A stretch of DNA of 64,000 nt from Octopus vulgaris (GCA_951406725.2 OX597818.1:97030001-97094000); one strand, 5' to 3'; positions 1-13,420 are shown, numbered from the stretch's first letter. Program-made: numbers and translations. The notes: generated by a model from the letters alone, not told the origin.

Positions 1-300
1 TTTTCTATGGTGATGTTTAAACAAAATTTTAATATTTTTACCTTTTGCTCAATTTAAAATTTTAATATTTTTACCTTTTGCTCAATTTACCTGTAATTAA
101 AGTCACTTTTAGACAAAAGTTATGCAATAGAATTGATTAAGAACCCTTTCTTTAATTATGTTCCAAATATCACATTAATATGTTGATAAGTAAAAAAGTT
201 ACAGTTATTTAATGAAACAAGCCTAGATTCATGATTATTTTAGAATTTAATTGAAACTCATGAGGGATGTATTTTGGTCAGAAATATAGTAACGAAAGGG
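1..300 (+). mobile_element. Right end of a non-autonomous piggyBac (truncated by window edge)
   Basis: Ends GTAACGAAAGGG followed by CTAA (mutated TTAA); nearly identical to 18296-18557; internal 33-bp tandem duplication 23-55/56-88. Confidence 0.85.
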
Positions 301-3300
301 CTAAGTATTATGTACTCTAAATCTTGGCATATTGTTTTCCTATTTCACATTTGGGAGCCACAATTTAATCCTTTAATTTAGTAAGGTTTGGGTATTTATT
401 TAGGCTTTAATAATACTAATAAATCACTGGGGAAAGAAGTGCTGAACTTATGTTGCTTTCTAGCCTAAATGACTCGACATTGAGGAATATTTCTTCTCAT
501 TTGATCTCTTTGTAGTGTTAAGTATTATGGACATTATTTATTCTTCTCTTATTACATTGGCTACTTTTACTAGTGATTACTGTGGTAGCCATCGTCATAT
601 ATGGTCTTAAATCCTCTTCATACAATTACCATGTACCTTTTTTTCATGCTGCACTGGCATCAGAGAAAAATTTTCTCGCAGGTAGGAAAGTTTTTTAATC
701 CACAACCAACTATAACTGTGCCTTGATAAACAGTGTTGTTATGTTTGTTCGTATCATGTGTCTTTTCCTCTTCACAACCTCACTTCTTCAGAGCATTTTG
801 GCATCTTTATATACTTCTAAAATACTTATTTTTTTAAAGCTCATTCAGGAAATTTATAATTTTTAGAGGAGTTTATCTTGTTGGCATTAAAATATAAACA
901 TAGCTACAATGTTGGGTTCTATTGGTGAGTTCTATAAACATAAGATGAAAGCATGTCTTTAAATTATATTTCATTATTATGTAGTTAATAACACAAGTCT
1001 GTATTGACCTTATATTACCTTTTACAAAAAAAAAATTAAACTACTCCAATTTTTTAAACATCAGTTCCAATATTTATGTTTATGGCATTGTTAGTCCGCA
1101 TGTTTACAAAAAGGTTTTATATTTTATGCTAAACACTATTAAATTTCTGTCTGAATTTTCAAATATTTTCCCATTCACTTGTTCTAGCAAAATTGTGTGA
1201 ATCACATGTATGTGTAGTCAATAGACACATTGTTTTGTAACTTTCATCTCTCAAACACCAACTATTATTTAGTGTACTGCTTTGAAATGTTCACAAAGGT
1301 TGAACATAAAAGCCAATTTAATTTCTGGATCATTGCTATTATGCTGCTTTGACCTGAAAGATATTTCTTGAGTTCTGAAAGATATATTGAACTTTATTGT
1401 ACTGTCCCAAAATCACTGGTTTAGCTATTATGGCTGGGTTAAAAATATTGGTATTAAATTCATCCAATTTCAAAACCCATTACTGAGTAACACAGCACCT
1501 ATTTCTAATAGACTTATATTGACACCAAGTTTGCATGCAAGAGTTCAGCGCATGTCCAGAATCAATGAAAATGGTTTAAAAATTAGCCTAAAAGTTGATA
1601 GTATTATTGCCTAATAAGTAAATGCTAATCTATGTGACTGTCTATTGACATTGTAAAGCAACATTGTTTATTGCATGCTATAAAAAGTTAGGTAGGGACA
1701 TATTTTGTTCCTTCTAAAACAGGACCATAACAAAGTTTTTGTCATATCTTAACTATGACATAAATACTATTTGCTTTTAACTGCTTAGAAACATTAACAA
1801 GCTAATATTAAATTAAAGACTATGTGTTATATGTGATGTTGGCCATGAATTAAATGCTTTAATTATTCTGGTGTAAAATATCTTTTATGTTGACAATTTC
1901 ATATTTTTAAATGGTGAGAACATACTCTGAATTGAGTATTATGCCAAACTTGAATAATTTGGGCAAAATTCCCTATAAGGTTAATGTACAGAATTTTTTT
2001 TAAATTCTTTTATCACTTTACTGAGATCTTGGCTGATCCCCAGAATGCTTTTGTTTGTTCAGTTGTAGGGAAATGTCTGTTTCATAAATTTCCTGTAGAA
2101 TTTTTTTTTGAAAGATTATAGCAGCAAAGCTAGTTTTGTTTCTTCATTTTTATACACACACACACACACACACACTTTTTTCCTCCAGTATTATAAGGAT
2201 CTAGCAAAACAGAATAGCTATTTAGGTTACTTTTATTTAAAATGTTTATCAGAAGTGAATGCTTCAGAAAGAATTATTTAATGAATTATTAAAAGCACAA
2301 TGTCATAACATAATGTACAAGTAATACATATGAAGATTCTGAAAATTTGGCATCACTTATATAACTAAAAACTAATGATGAAATATATCTAAACACAAAA
2401 ATATTTCTTGCAGAATTAATAGATTATAGGGTATCTTGGAAACGAAAAAAATATTTTATAATTTTCTATTCACCTTTGGATGGCAATTTTTCTGCAGTTT
2501 TTGATTTTCAATTAAGAGTTCATAATATATTTAAGATTTTAAAGGTGACTTTAAAGCAAGAAGTACACCAAGTGTAGTATTCATATTAGTTCTGTCTGGT
2601 TTGATACAATATATGTTGTAGCTGATGTAGCGGAATCCATTTTCTGTAAACAAACTGCTGTCTAGTGTCTTAATTGAATTTGTGTGTGTTTAACACATTT
2701 TGCTTTACTTTCATAAGTTCAAACGGGCATACAAAAAGCATCCTTGGGTTGGTATCATCAGTATACTAGCACTACCTCCACTGCAGTTAAGGATATTTGG
2801 TTGTGCAAGCTGCTGGCAATATGTGTTGGATGAGCCAACTTAGTGCCATGAAGGTTGAAGGTCAATTTGTATGGAAGGCTGTTTTGGAAACTTTGATTCA
2901 TTCTAGAATGGGAGGACAGCTACAGAACCAATGATCAGGATATTAACTGAGACTTGAAAACAAAATGGTTGGAATGACCATCAAACATCTCTCTGTGGTG
3001 ATAGTGGTATGAGTCTTTTAGTCTTGTAGTAAAACATGTTTTTCTGGTTTGTAATGAAACTTTAGTTGAACATTGATAAAGTTCTCTTCTAGTATATTAT
3101 TAATTACACTTTGTTGCAACTGATTATTCCTGTTTCATGAAAAATTTATCAATTTCATCATCAATTCTTGTTTCGTGCATTGTTTTTCAATTTGGTAATT
3201 ATCTTGGTCTTTTAAAATTAACCTTGATATTAATATCCATTTACTTTGGAGTGAGAAAGTGCTGCATTTTGGAACTTTTTTTTTTTTTGTTAAACAACTA

Positions 3301-3420
3301 AGTATTTTAATAAATGGTTTCTAAATATTTCTTATAGGTTCATGTTCCAGATATAGTAATATTATATGCATACTGTTATTCACATTAAAGTGGATTTTTT
3401 TTATTTATATAACTTTTCAG

Positions 3421-3521
3421 ATACCATATATGATGAAGATGAGGTGTTGCTGGCCCTTGCAGAACAACTTGGAATCTTCACTCCTCTAGTTGGTGGCTCT
3501 GAATATGTTTACTGTTTATTG
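3421..3521 (+). CDS. PPP2R1A: PP2A scaffold subunit A, coding exon (first in window; upstream exons outside window)
   Basis: ttttcAG|ATACC...TTATTG|GTaagt; encodes (D)[33 protein letters not shown], matching PR65/A HEAT repeat 2; 101 nt. Confidence 0.97.
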
Positions 3522-3630
3522 GTAAGTGAGAGAGCAAGTATTTTCATGTGTAAGCTATTTTCACAGTTATGTGGTTTCAGTTCCTGTGTGTGGCCATTTT
3601 TATTTCGGTTACTTTTTTTCTAAAGCTTAA

Positions 3631-4680
3631 CCCTTTCGTTACTATATTTCTGACCAAAATACACCCCTTATGTGTTTCAATTAATTTCTAACATAATCAT
3701 AAATTTAGTCTGGTTTCATTAAACAACTATAACTTTTTTATTTATCAATATATTAATGTGATTTTTGGAAGATAATTTAATGAAATGTTCTCAACCAATT
3801 CTATACTATAATTTTTGTCACAAAGTGACTCTAATTGCAGGTAGATACAGGTAAATTCGACAAAATATAAAATTATTAAAATTTTGTTCAAACATCGCTA
3901 TAGAAAATGGGTTAGCTAATATTCAATTGGGTATACAACAAAATTTTACGATAGAATTTGTTATTCTGGGTAACTTTCTGATACCCATAATAATATTTAT
4001 GGCAAAATAGTCTTAATTTCATTTAAGGTTGTGGGAAACCACTAACTATCCTTTCTTTCGCTTTGTTTACATTTAGCGTAACGGTTCGTTTCTGCCGTAA
4101 TGATTTCAAATAGGCTCATTCGAAAAAGTAAAAAGAAAAGGCTTTACTCTCCTGGGAAAGTCTGTGGCTTGGTCCAGTTTCTTCAGAAAAATCACCGAAA
4201 GAAACAGTTTTTAAATTTTCACTCCATTCAGGTGCCAATTCATTTTCTTTATCGCTGTCGGAGCTCTCGGATTCACTGTTTTCACTTTTGGAAAATGAAA
4301 CATCAGATTCATTATCAAATACCACGTGCTTTTTTTTTTTAGTTAGATTTATGAAGGTCTTCAGTAGAAAATCCTTTGAATTCTGACTCGCTGCTTGATA
4401 TAATGAAATTCGTATCCATTTTTTGTCAGAATTACAAATTTTGAAAACACAATAGGAACAAATTTCGGGAAAAAATCTCCCAAAATTCACGGAATTAAAA
4501 TTACACTTCGATTCTTCTACAAAACTGTAGATGAACTGTTTACGTAGTATAATACGTGTTTTCACGAATGTACTAAAGAGATTTGCTCTGATATTCTCAT
4601 TTAAATATGAATAGGTAAATACGGGCGGGTTTGGTCACATTAACCAAAATTTTTTTTCGGGCGGCTTGGTAACGAAAGGG
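3631..4680 (-). mobile_element. Internally deleted piggyBac element
   Basis: TTAA on both sides (3627-3630, 4681-4684); perfect 12-bp TIR CCCTTTCGTTAC; ORF 4116-4565(-) has an acidic S/D/E tract then W...F.EETGP...F.F.F like the N-terminus of piggyBac/PGBD transposases. Confidence 0.9.
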
Positions 4681-5335
4681 TTAAACAAAAACACACACAC
4701 ACACACACCCCTTTTTTTTTTTTTTTTTTTTTTTTTCCCCTTTCTCTAGAAATACTGTAGAGTTCATTTTATTGAACTTCGTTGATATTAAAAAGTTTGG
4801 GATATAAGACCTTAATTACTTGCTTAATGCGTGTATATGTTGAGACAGTTCTCATGATAAACTAATTTTGATAAAATAATCAGACATAACCTAATGTTCT
4901 ATGTGAAACTTGACCTATTTAAATTGCAGAAAATATTCTTTCATGATGTGATTTCAGATAAGTTGACATTTGGCTGAATGTCTAGCTTAAAAGTATTAAA
5001 TTATAAGGTTATCAGGATATTTAATTCTGAAATGAAATTGTTTTAGATTTCTTATGGTAAAAGGTTGTAAATTTTTTTTTTTTTAATTTGAAATTCCAAT
5101 TTTTTTTTTTTTTTTTCTTTATAAAGAGGGTAACATTAAATATACTGCTGCACACATTTGGGCTTCTTTCTCTACAATGCTTGTTCTCTGTCTCTGTGAT
5201 TCAAATGGTTGGAGAATGTCAGGAAAAAACTTCCATTAAAATCAGCAATTTTGTCTTGGGGTGGGTGGTGTAAATGTGTTAGTATAATTTTGCAGTATGT
5301 AAGGCTCATTTTAATATTTTTCTAATTCATTTCAG

Positions 5336-5477
5336 AAACCTCTTGAAAGTTTGGCTACTGTTGAAGAAACTGTAGTTAGAGATAAAGCTGTTGATTCCCT
5401 AAGGGCAATTGCTGCCCAACATTCGCAAACAGATTTGGAGAATCACTTTGTGCCCCTTGTTAAACGATTGTCGACTG
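5336..5477 (+). CDS. PPP2R1A: PP2A subunit A coding exon
   Basis: ttcAG|AAACC...ACTG|GTatgt; [47 protein letters not shown]. Confidence 0.96.
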
Positions 5478-5567
5478 GTATGTATTGGCATAAGATTAGT
5501 CATTTAACGTGTCATGTTGTCTTAAAGTATGGTGATGCTCATAATTTGCTTTTGTCAATATTTTTAG

Positions 5568-5658
5568 GTGACTGGTTCACATCTCGAACCTCAGCCTGTG
5601 GTCTCTTCTCGGTGTGCTATCCCAGAGTATCTTCAAGTGTAAAGGCAGAACTGCATCT
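5568..5658 (+). CDS. PPP2R1A: PP2A subunit A coding exon
   Basis: ttttAG|GTGAC...CATCT|GTaagt; [30 protein letters not shown]. Confidence 0.96.
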
Positions 5659-6106
5659 GTAAGTATTTTCTTTTTTTTTCTTCCTGTCACTGTTCATATC
5701 ATAATTGTAACAACTATCTTTCATTAATGTTTTCTGTATGCATTATATATAACTTGTTTTTGTTGTTTTTAAAGTGTTATCTTAGATAAAATTTGAGGTG
5801 CTCTTTTACATTTTTGGAATTTTAGAAACTTCCACTTATGTCTTGGCGTCTGCCAGTCAGAAAGAACTTTATTAGATCTTTGAATACAAGACGTGTTTAA
5901 AATGATGTACTGTGATAGTAATAAAGTAATTCAATATTCTAACATTTAGTAGGATATGCAAAAAAATATATTCCACATTTGTTTCACAAGTGGAGTTTTT
6001 TATTCTTCACTGATATGAATTTTCAGAAATTCATATCAATATGTAATAAAATTAATACACGTTTTAATTATACAGTTCTATCTTTAAGCAATGAGGAATT
6101 ATGTAC

Positions 6107-6966
6107 ATTATTTACAATTGACGGATATTTGACCTTATCTTGTTTGTTGTTAACACAACGTTTCGGCTGATATACTCTGCACTCCAGTTATTAAGAAAAG
6201 AGAGGATGAAACTGATAAACTGTCCAGTCTGTCTACCCTATGTGAAAGGCCTCTCTGAAAAGATATGCGGCCCATATGACATCAGGACAGTATTCAAAAG
6301 TAATACAACACTTTGCAAGTATCTCCTTCGAGTAAAACCACCTATAGAAGAGAATATGACTAAGAACTGCATGTACTCCATCCCATGCACCTGTGGTAGG
6401 TTATACAAAGGCAAAACATGCCACCCCCTCGAAATAAGGGTAGAGGAACATCACGAAGCTGTGACTCGGAGAGATATTGATAAATCAAGTATAGTTGATC
6501 ATGTATGGAAAAATGGAGACCATCTCCGCCTATGGGATGAAGTTAAAATAATAGAGACAGAGAACACCACTGGAAAATACGAAAACTAAAAGAAGCAGCA
6601 CATATGCTAGGACACAACAACCTCCTAAGCAGACCGAGTGCAGATATGAACAGCATATGGGAACTGGTATTAAGGAAGGACAGAAGAATTATTAGATTTA
6701 TAAGCTCTAAAATTCACTCCATAATTATCCATGGGCATATGGCGTAGTGGTTAAGAGTGTGGCTACTAACCCCAAGATTCTGAGTTTGATTCCAGACAGT
6801 GACCTGAATAATAATAATAATAATAATAATGAAAAATACCTTAGGAATGAGAACCCAGGTTTGAAATTTTCCCAAGACACCTGATGAAGGCTGGAGGGTA
6901 TATCAGCTGAAATGTCATGTTAACAACAAACAAGATGAGGGCAAATATCCGTCAATTGTATATAAT
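6107..6966 (+). mobile_element. 5'-truncated Penelope-like retroelement (GIY-YIG endonuclease) with inverted pseudo-LTR
   Basis: ORF 6140-6589: LPYVKGLSEKI...MYSIPCTCGRLYKGKT..PLEIRVEEH...SSIVDH; 6107-6181 is the reverse complement of 6892-6966. Confidence 0.9.
6876..6921 (+). ncRNA. Minimal type I hammerhead ribozyme motif in the Penelope pLTR
   Basis: GACAC-CTGATGA-A-GGCTG..CAGCT-GAAA-TG-TC-ATGTT; the inverted copy (6152-6169) reads CAGCC-GAAA-CG-TT-GTGTT, which restores stems I and II. Confidence 0.75.
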
Positions 6967-7429
6967 ATTTTAATTATATTTTAGGAGGTCTAAATATACT
7001 TTGAGGATTAGTCAGATCCTTAGACATTTACCTGATAGATGACTATATAAGAGCTGTGGAATTAAATTTGTTCATAAGAAATGTAACTACTATTTTATTG
7101 GTAATTATTACCAACAGGTCTGCACCTCACATAGTGCTGCCAGTTGCAGTTACATAAATCAGTATATGTGGATGTATGTAAACTGCAAACAATGGTAAAA
7201 AATAAAATTTTCCATTCTCCTCAGCTGTTTTCACTATATTAGGATTGCTATGAATGTGTTGCTCTGATGCTTCTTAGTTGACATTGCTCTTTCAAGGTCC
7301 CAGTCATCAGATTTGTGATCTTTGCAATTGTTACATAAGTCTACTATGACTACTACTTGAAAGATGTTAAAGAAACTTTTCTCACTAGATAACACTTAAT
7401 TTTATCAGTCAAAATAGAAGGGTGGACAG

Positions 7430-8450
7430 TTTAGTAGTTTTTCTAGCCAAGCTGGTGTTCATATAGGCCAATACAAAAACGGGTGAGCTTGCAAATACTT
7501 TGTGTCGGTTGGTTTGAAAATCAGTGCAGCTAAAACCAAGATTCTTTCGAATGGACTTTTGTAAATGAACAGAAGGGTGTCCTAACAGTGAATTGCATCC
7601 AATGATAAAAGGTGGATAAATTCATCTAGAATTGTTCTTCCTTTCAAACAGTCTGTGACAATAAAATTAAAGCACATTAGTTTGTGTGGTCTTGAAATGA
7701 AGCTCTGCAAGAAAAATGTATTCCAAGCTCTATTCTGCAACATGAAATCTGATTCCTCTGGAGTCAGGATATCCATTATTTAGAAATATTAATTTCCATA
7801 GACACAGCTGTGTAGTTAAGAACTTGCTTCCCAACTGTGTGGTTTCGGGTTCAGTCCCATGTGCAACACCTTGGGCAAGTATCTTCTACAACCTCAGGCT
7901 AACCAAAGCCCTTGTGAGTGATTTTGGCAAGTAGAAACTGAAACTCATGTGATGGCTATAAATAAACTTAACTTTTTACTAGCATTGTTATTCATTTCCA
8001 TCGTCCATGAAAAACATGTCTGACCATAGGGAAATAATACTTTGCTTGGCAGCAGGCAGGGCATCCAACTGTAGAAAATTTGCCTCAGGTTTTGTGTGAC
8101 TTGTTCAAGCATGGAAAAGTGGACATTAAAATGGTTCAGAGATTACACACACTTTGTCAACATGGCAATTACATGTCCTCAAAATATGTTCTTTGAAGTG
8201 ACTATTATCTGAACCTAAAACCTGCAACTACCACTGGGTTTGGCTATGCTTGTCTCTGCTCGAAAATCTCTTTATTCTTTCAAGCCAACTCTATACTTTG
8301 GTTGTGGAGGTGCAACTGAAGACATGGCTGCAGGACATCTCAGCAGATCTAACTTTATTGTTGAAACTTTAACCACTGATCAGTTGCAGTCAATAAGCAG
8401 GGATTGGTTTCAAAGTAGGTCTTACTTGACTTGTGACAGACAATAACGAA
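7430..8450 (+). mobile_element. Degenerate RTE-like LINE fragment interrupted by SINEs (7800-8135)
   Basis: SVGLKISAAKTKI (RT thumb region) near 7503; GG..KTWLQDISADL near 8310. Confidence 0.45.
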
Positions 8451-8865
8451 TTACAATTGTTTGCAACATTGGTTACCAGAAGATGTTAGAGAAGTCTGAA
8501 ATTTTGATATCAATTACATGCAATAAAATATGGCTAGGTTAGTCATCTAGATTATTTGTGAAAAATAGTTGAGTTTATTTGAAAAAGTTTGTTCTTTAAG
8601 TTTTAGAAAGGTAATTGACATGAGATCTTGCTGTAATATAAATGATTTTAACATAAGTCTATAAAGTTTTATAGTGTTGCTGAATGACTGTACCCAACTG
8701 GGATACAATATGAGCAACAGAACTTTTTCTTTTTCCATTTAGGTTTAGGTGATTGTGACAGCTGGAACTTGCAAAGTGGTTTTGTCATAGAGTGGTATTA
8801 GGCATGTTGTTGTTGTACTTTAACACAGAATTGAGTTTTAATAATGCAATTTTTTTCTATTTCAG

Positions 8866-9013
8866 GTGTTTTAAAACCTTATGTTTAGATGATACTCCAA
8901 TGGTACGTCGAGCAGCTGCTGGCAAGCTGGGAGAGTTTGCAAAGGTGGCAGACACAGAATACCTCAGATCTGATTTAATTTCATTGTTTAATAGCCTTGC
9001 TCAAGATGAGCAG
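8866..9013 (+). CDS. PPP2R1A: PP2A subunit A coding exon
   Basis: ttcAG|G...GAGCAG|GTaggt; [49 protein letters not shown]. Confidence 0.97.
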
Positions 9014-10168
9014 GTAGGTTTACTTAACTTTATTTTGTAATTTTCCATTATCAAATCCTTTGGTTGAGATTGTCACTAGAGTTGAGTTTTCATTACAAAA
9101 TAATGAACATAAGTCTTTGTCCTCAATTAATGTTTATATGCACAGAGAAAATCTTTTTAAAGTGGAAATGATGAGGTGCAGGTATAGTTGTGTTCTGTAG
9201 TTTATTTCAAATACCTGGCTGTTGCTGGAACATTAGTTACAGTGTGGTTAAGTTCACCTTTTTACTACATGGTTCTGGATTGAATCTTATTTGCCATCAC
9301 TTCATGGTACCTACAGCATATCTTCTGCTATAGTCTTAGGTTGACCAGTACCTTGTGAGCAGAATTTGGTTGACAGAAACTGTAGAAGTATGTCAGATAT
9401 AGGTATATCATTCTGTGCATGTTATATTGAAGAACCAACTATTCAAATATTTTTTTAATGGTTTCCCATTTTGCCTTATAGGTTCATTTCGAAGTGTTCT
9501 TGGTCTCATCTTCAGAATGAAGTGATGGTAGTGGTACTATTATTTCCATGGTTTTGAAGTAGCAGCACTACCACCACGTTTTTATGAAGTTGGGATTGGG
9601 AAGTTTTTGAGACGTTTAATGGTCTTAGGAATTTTTTCTTTTTGTTCCAAACTAACCTTAAAGAAACTAATAAGGAATATGAAAAATCAACATAACAGTT
9701 AAAAGAAAAGTAATTTTTTATATATGCAAAGATGTGTGTGTGGCTTTTATTAGTATCAAGTACTTTAATAAAAAAAATGCTCTGGTATTTGTCCTGCTAT
9801 AGTTTCAGGAGTACTGACTTGTCACTTTTGCCAGTGATTGGACCATTGAAAACCTGTAGCCAGTGACTTTTTCAACTTGTATATAGCCACTCCATCCATA
9901 TTAACTTCTCATAATTATGCTTTCCTCTCTTTTAGTTAAACTAATATTTTATCATAGGTTTTTGTTTTTTTTTGTTAACATTTTCAGGTAGATGAGCTTC
10001 TACTCTCTATTGCATCTTTTGAAATTTCACTTAACATTCTCAATTATTTGATCACTTTTTTTATTCATATAAAGGAATAGTTTGTATGCACAAGTTTAGG
10101 TATAAAATATATTTCATTTTCCTTTTATATACATGAAAGTTTTTATTTTTTAATTTTTTTTTTATTAG

Positions 10169-10324
10169 GATTCAGTACGTCTGCTGGCTGTTGAAGCCTG
10201 TGTCGCTATTGCATCATTACTTAATGCTGAAGATGTTGAAACCCTTGTAATGCCAACACTACGGCAAGCAGCTGAAGATAAATCATGGAGAGTGCGTTAT
10301 ATGGTTGCTGACAAATTTACTGAT
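10169..10324 (+). CDS. PPP2R1A: PP2A subunit A coding exon
   Basis: attAG|GATTCA...ACTGAT|GTgagt; [52 protein letters not shown] (not in ORF track). Confidence 0.97.
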
Positions 10325-10659
10325 GTGAGTACTATCATCATTATTATTTAATGTCTGTGTACATGTTGGTATAGGTTGGATGGTTCAATGGCTTCTATCC
10401 TGAGGGGTATGTTAGTCTCTAGTGTCTGCTTTGACAAGGTTTCTATAGCTGGATGCCCTTCATAACATGGTACATTTATAATTCATTTGACTTTATGACT
10501 AAACTTACTAAATTAATTTACTGTAGTAAAGATTCTCTGAAAAACAACTGTAGAAAAAAGTCACCCATCAGAAACAACCAGACAACGTATCTTATTAGGA
10601 AGCTCATGTACAAATCTCCTCCTCTCCCCATCCCAATTCATTGATAAATGCACTGCAGT

Positions 10660-11420
10660 AGTTAATGCTGTATCACAACCTACAGTGCTTGGAGAAAATC
10701 GTTATTGCCACTTCAAACTGGGCAGCTCATACTAAGCATTGCAAGACCAGCATTAAAACTGCATTAAAGCTTGCATCACATTATCCACATGCAACTGAGG
10801 CACCACACTATATCTGCATTAACTCCATGACAGACCTTGAACACCTACAGTGGAATCATGCTAATTTATCTCCATCTCAAAGACTACCATACACATATCA
10901 AAGAAACCTGACACTCCTCCACTAAACATGAACGGCACCTTCAGTCACTTAAAACACTAGGCCTCGCTATCACTGAAGAATTCTCTTGGTGATCACACAT
11001 CTCCAAAGCAAAGATTACATACATTTCACTGTCTGGTCTTCCAATTGAACTCTCAACAGCTGCTCACTTGCTACAACATTCAGATAAGTCCCACATTAGA
11101 GTACTGTTATCATTATCTAGAATGGTGTTGTTGCCATTCATATCAATATTCAAGATTGCATGCAAAGAAAAAACTCAACTGACTGGCATGAAGTCACTCA
11201 CAAACATTCCAGTCTATGGCCCATAGTTTTGCTCCTTGGCACTATCTAGTTTTGTGCCAATTTACTTCTCTCTCTACTGATCATCCACATTTTGTCTACT
11301 TCCCTCTTCCGAGCTTCATTCTTACCATTATATATGTCCTTCCCTAGAACAATAGTCATTTTGGAATTCCCTACCTGCAATCATTGACTAGCAACATTTC
11401 AAGTAGACTGTTAATGACCT
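10660..11420 (+). mobile_element. Degenerate CR1/L2-group LINE 3' fragment
   Basis: Frameshifted RT C-terminal motifs (DL..LQW.HANL, LNMNGT, LKTLGL, IS/RPTLEYC). Confidence 0.55.
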
Positions 11421-11594
11421 GAATCTTTTCTTGGGAGAGCATCTATGAAAGTAGATTGATCAATACTTGCAAATATATTTTTGTGGTGTGTATTATGAAC
11501 TATTATTTTATGATAAACATACAGTATAAAGCGAGGGTGGTATTACGCGTACTAACTTGACAAATAACTTTGCTTTAATATTTTCTTTTTTCAG

Positions 11595-11709
11595 TTACAA
11601 AAAGCTGTTGGCCCTGAAATTACAAAGAATGATTTAGTGTTGGCTTTTCAAGGACTCTTAAAAGATTGTGAAGCTGAAGTACGTGCCGCTGCTGCACACA
11701 AAGTAAAAG
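11595..11709 (+). CDS. PPP2R1A: PP2A subunit A coding exon
   Basis: ttcAG|TTACAA...AAAG|GTcagt; [38 protein letters not shown]. Confidence 0.97.
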
Positions 11710-11904
11710 GTCAGTAGAATGGGACTATTTAACATTTCAGATTTAAATGTGTTCGACACAATCATTTGATTTTTTAAATGTTTGTGATTATGTGCATTTA
11801 ACTCTTTATTTTGGGGATTTCTTGAAAACTTAACTGTCAAGCAAAAAATAGTTTTCCAAAATATCTTAAATTATTTTCTTTTCTTTTTTTTTTTTTTAAA
11901 TCAG

Positions 11905-12061
11905 ATTTTTGCCAGTATCTTGCACCTGATATCCGTGAAAGTTTGATCATGACAAATATCCTTCCTTGTGTCAAAGAACTTGTTTCTGATGCCAATCAAC
12001 ATGTCAAGTCCGCTCTAGCCTCAGTCATTATGGGTCTTTCTCCAATTTTAGGAAAAGAAAA
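11905..12061 (+). CDS. PPP2R1A: PP2A subunit A coding exon
   Basis: atcAG|ATTTT...GAAAA|GTaagt; [52 protein letters not shown]. Confidence 0.97.
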
Positions 12062-12530
12062 GTAAGTGAAAGGAATATGTATATATAATTATTTAAAGGG
12101 TACAATACATTGAGAAATACTCATATTCTTTAGGTGCAAGCCACATATGAAACTATTAGTAACGTTTAAATACATGTATTGAGCCCTTTTAGATGAAAAA
12201 TATTTATCTCATCAGATGGAGTACTTTGTTGAATTTTCTATCATGGAACAGTAAATTTTATATATATATATTATAGCAAATAAAAAATAAGATGTTGGAT
12301 AAATATCAGTTCATTACAGCTGTTTCTTACACTTTTTATTGATCCAACTAAAGGTGGTGCTTACAGGTAAGTCAACAAAACCTGGTGCATACCATTTAAG
12401 TGCCCGATTGTCTCCATCATCACTTTATATTGTTATATATATAATTTACTCCAAATAAATTATTGATCTTCAAATATGACTTCAGGAAATTTTCATAATT
12501 TTCAAGTTTCTTGTTAGATTCTTGATATAA

Positions 12531-12767
<237 letters not shown>

Positions 12768-13017
12768 TGAAATAAGTTATTTTAAAATAAAACTGTTGGT
12801 TCTACTGTGTTGTAAAATTGCATCTTTCTTACGTATCTCTTAAGTTGTGGTTTTCACTGAGATAAACTTTAAGGATCAGATGTACAAGACTTAAGAAAAT
12901 GCGGAAATTTTTTTTTATCCCTCTCTATTCACATTAGCAGATAACTTGATATGATATGTAGGGTTGAATGATTGGACAGTAAACATTAATTTGCATTACT
13001 CTAACTTGAATTTAATC

Positions 13018-13305
13018 CTTAAATCGGATCTCTTCAGTTTCGCTCACAGATTTTAAAATTATTTTTTCTTAACTAAACAGTTTGAAACTTTATGTACTGG
13101 TATAATTTCTCACACTGAACACAGTTTACTTTCAACATTTTTGACAAAATTTCGTATTGCAGAAATTATTTCATGTTAAAGCTGTTGTATTTGGGTAATT
13201 TTAACCAATCAATGACGTATTCAGATGAAGAAAGCTACTACCGTATGCAATGGTAATCAAAGAGCAACAACTTCTGGGCCATCTCTACTAAATGTCACCA
13301 TTTAA
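13018..13305. mobile_element. Possible DNA-transposon MITE remnant
   Basis: TTAAAT...ATTTAA bounded segment with TE-like composition; TIRs poorly conserved. Confidence 0.3.
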
Positions 13306-13420
13306 TAGGCTGATATTCAATTTATTTGGCTAGCTGTGATTTAATTTGCTTAAATGATTCACTTACTAAAACTTGTGTGAGTTTTTATTGAAATTAAATT
13401 TACTGCTTTTTGTATTATAG

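Noticed and set aside
1-3420. Search for PP2A-A exons 1-2 (YPIAVLIDEL.., LRLNSI..)
   Set aside because: Not found by eye; presumably upstream of the window. ORF 1387-1614 has no similarity.
6733-6805. tRNA gene candidate (also the SINE heads at 32511 and 48361)
   Set aside because: A/B boxes present, but no complete cloverleaf or T-run terminator; TE-derived
12300-12425. TACAGCTGTTTC plus distant CATCATCA as another hammerhead
   Set aside because: Only stem III matches; no stem I or II pairing found
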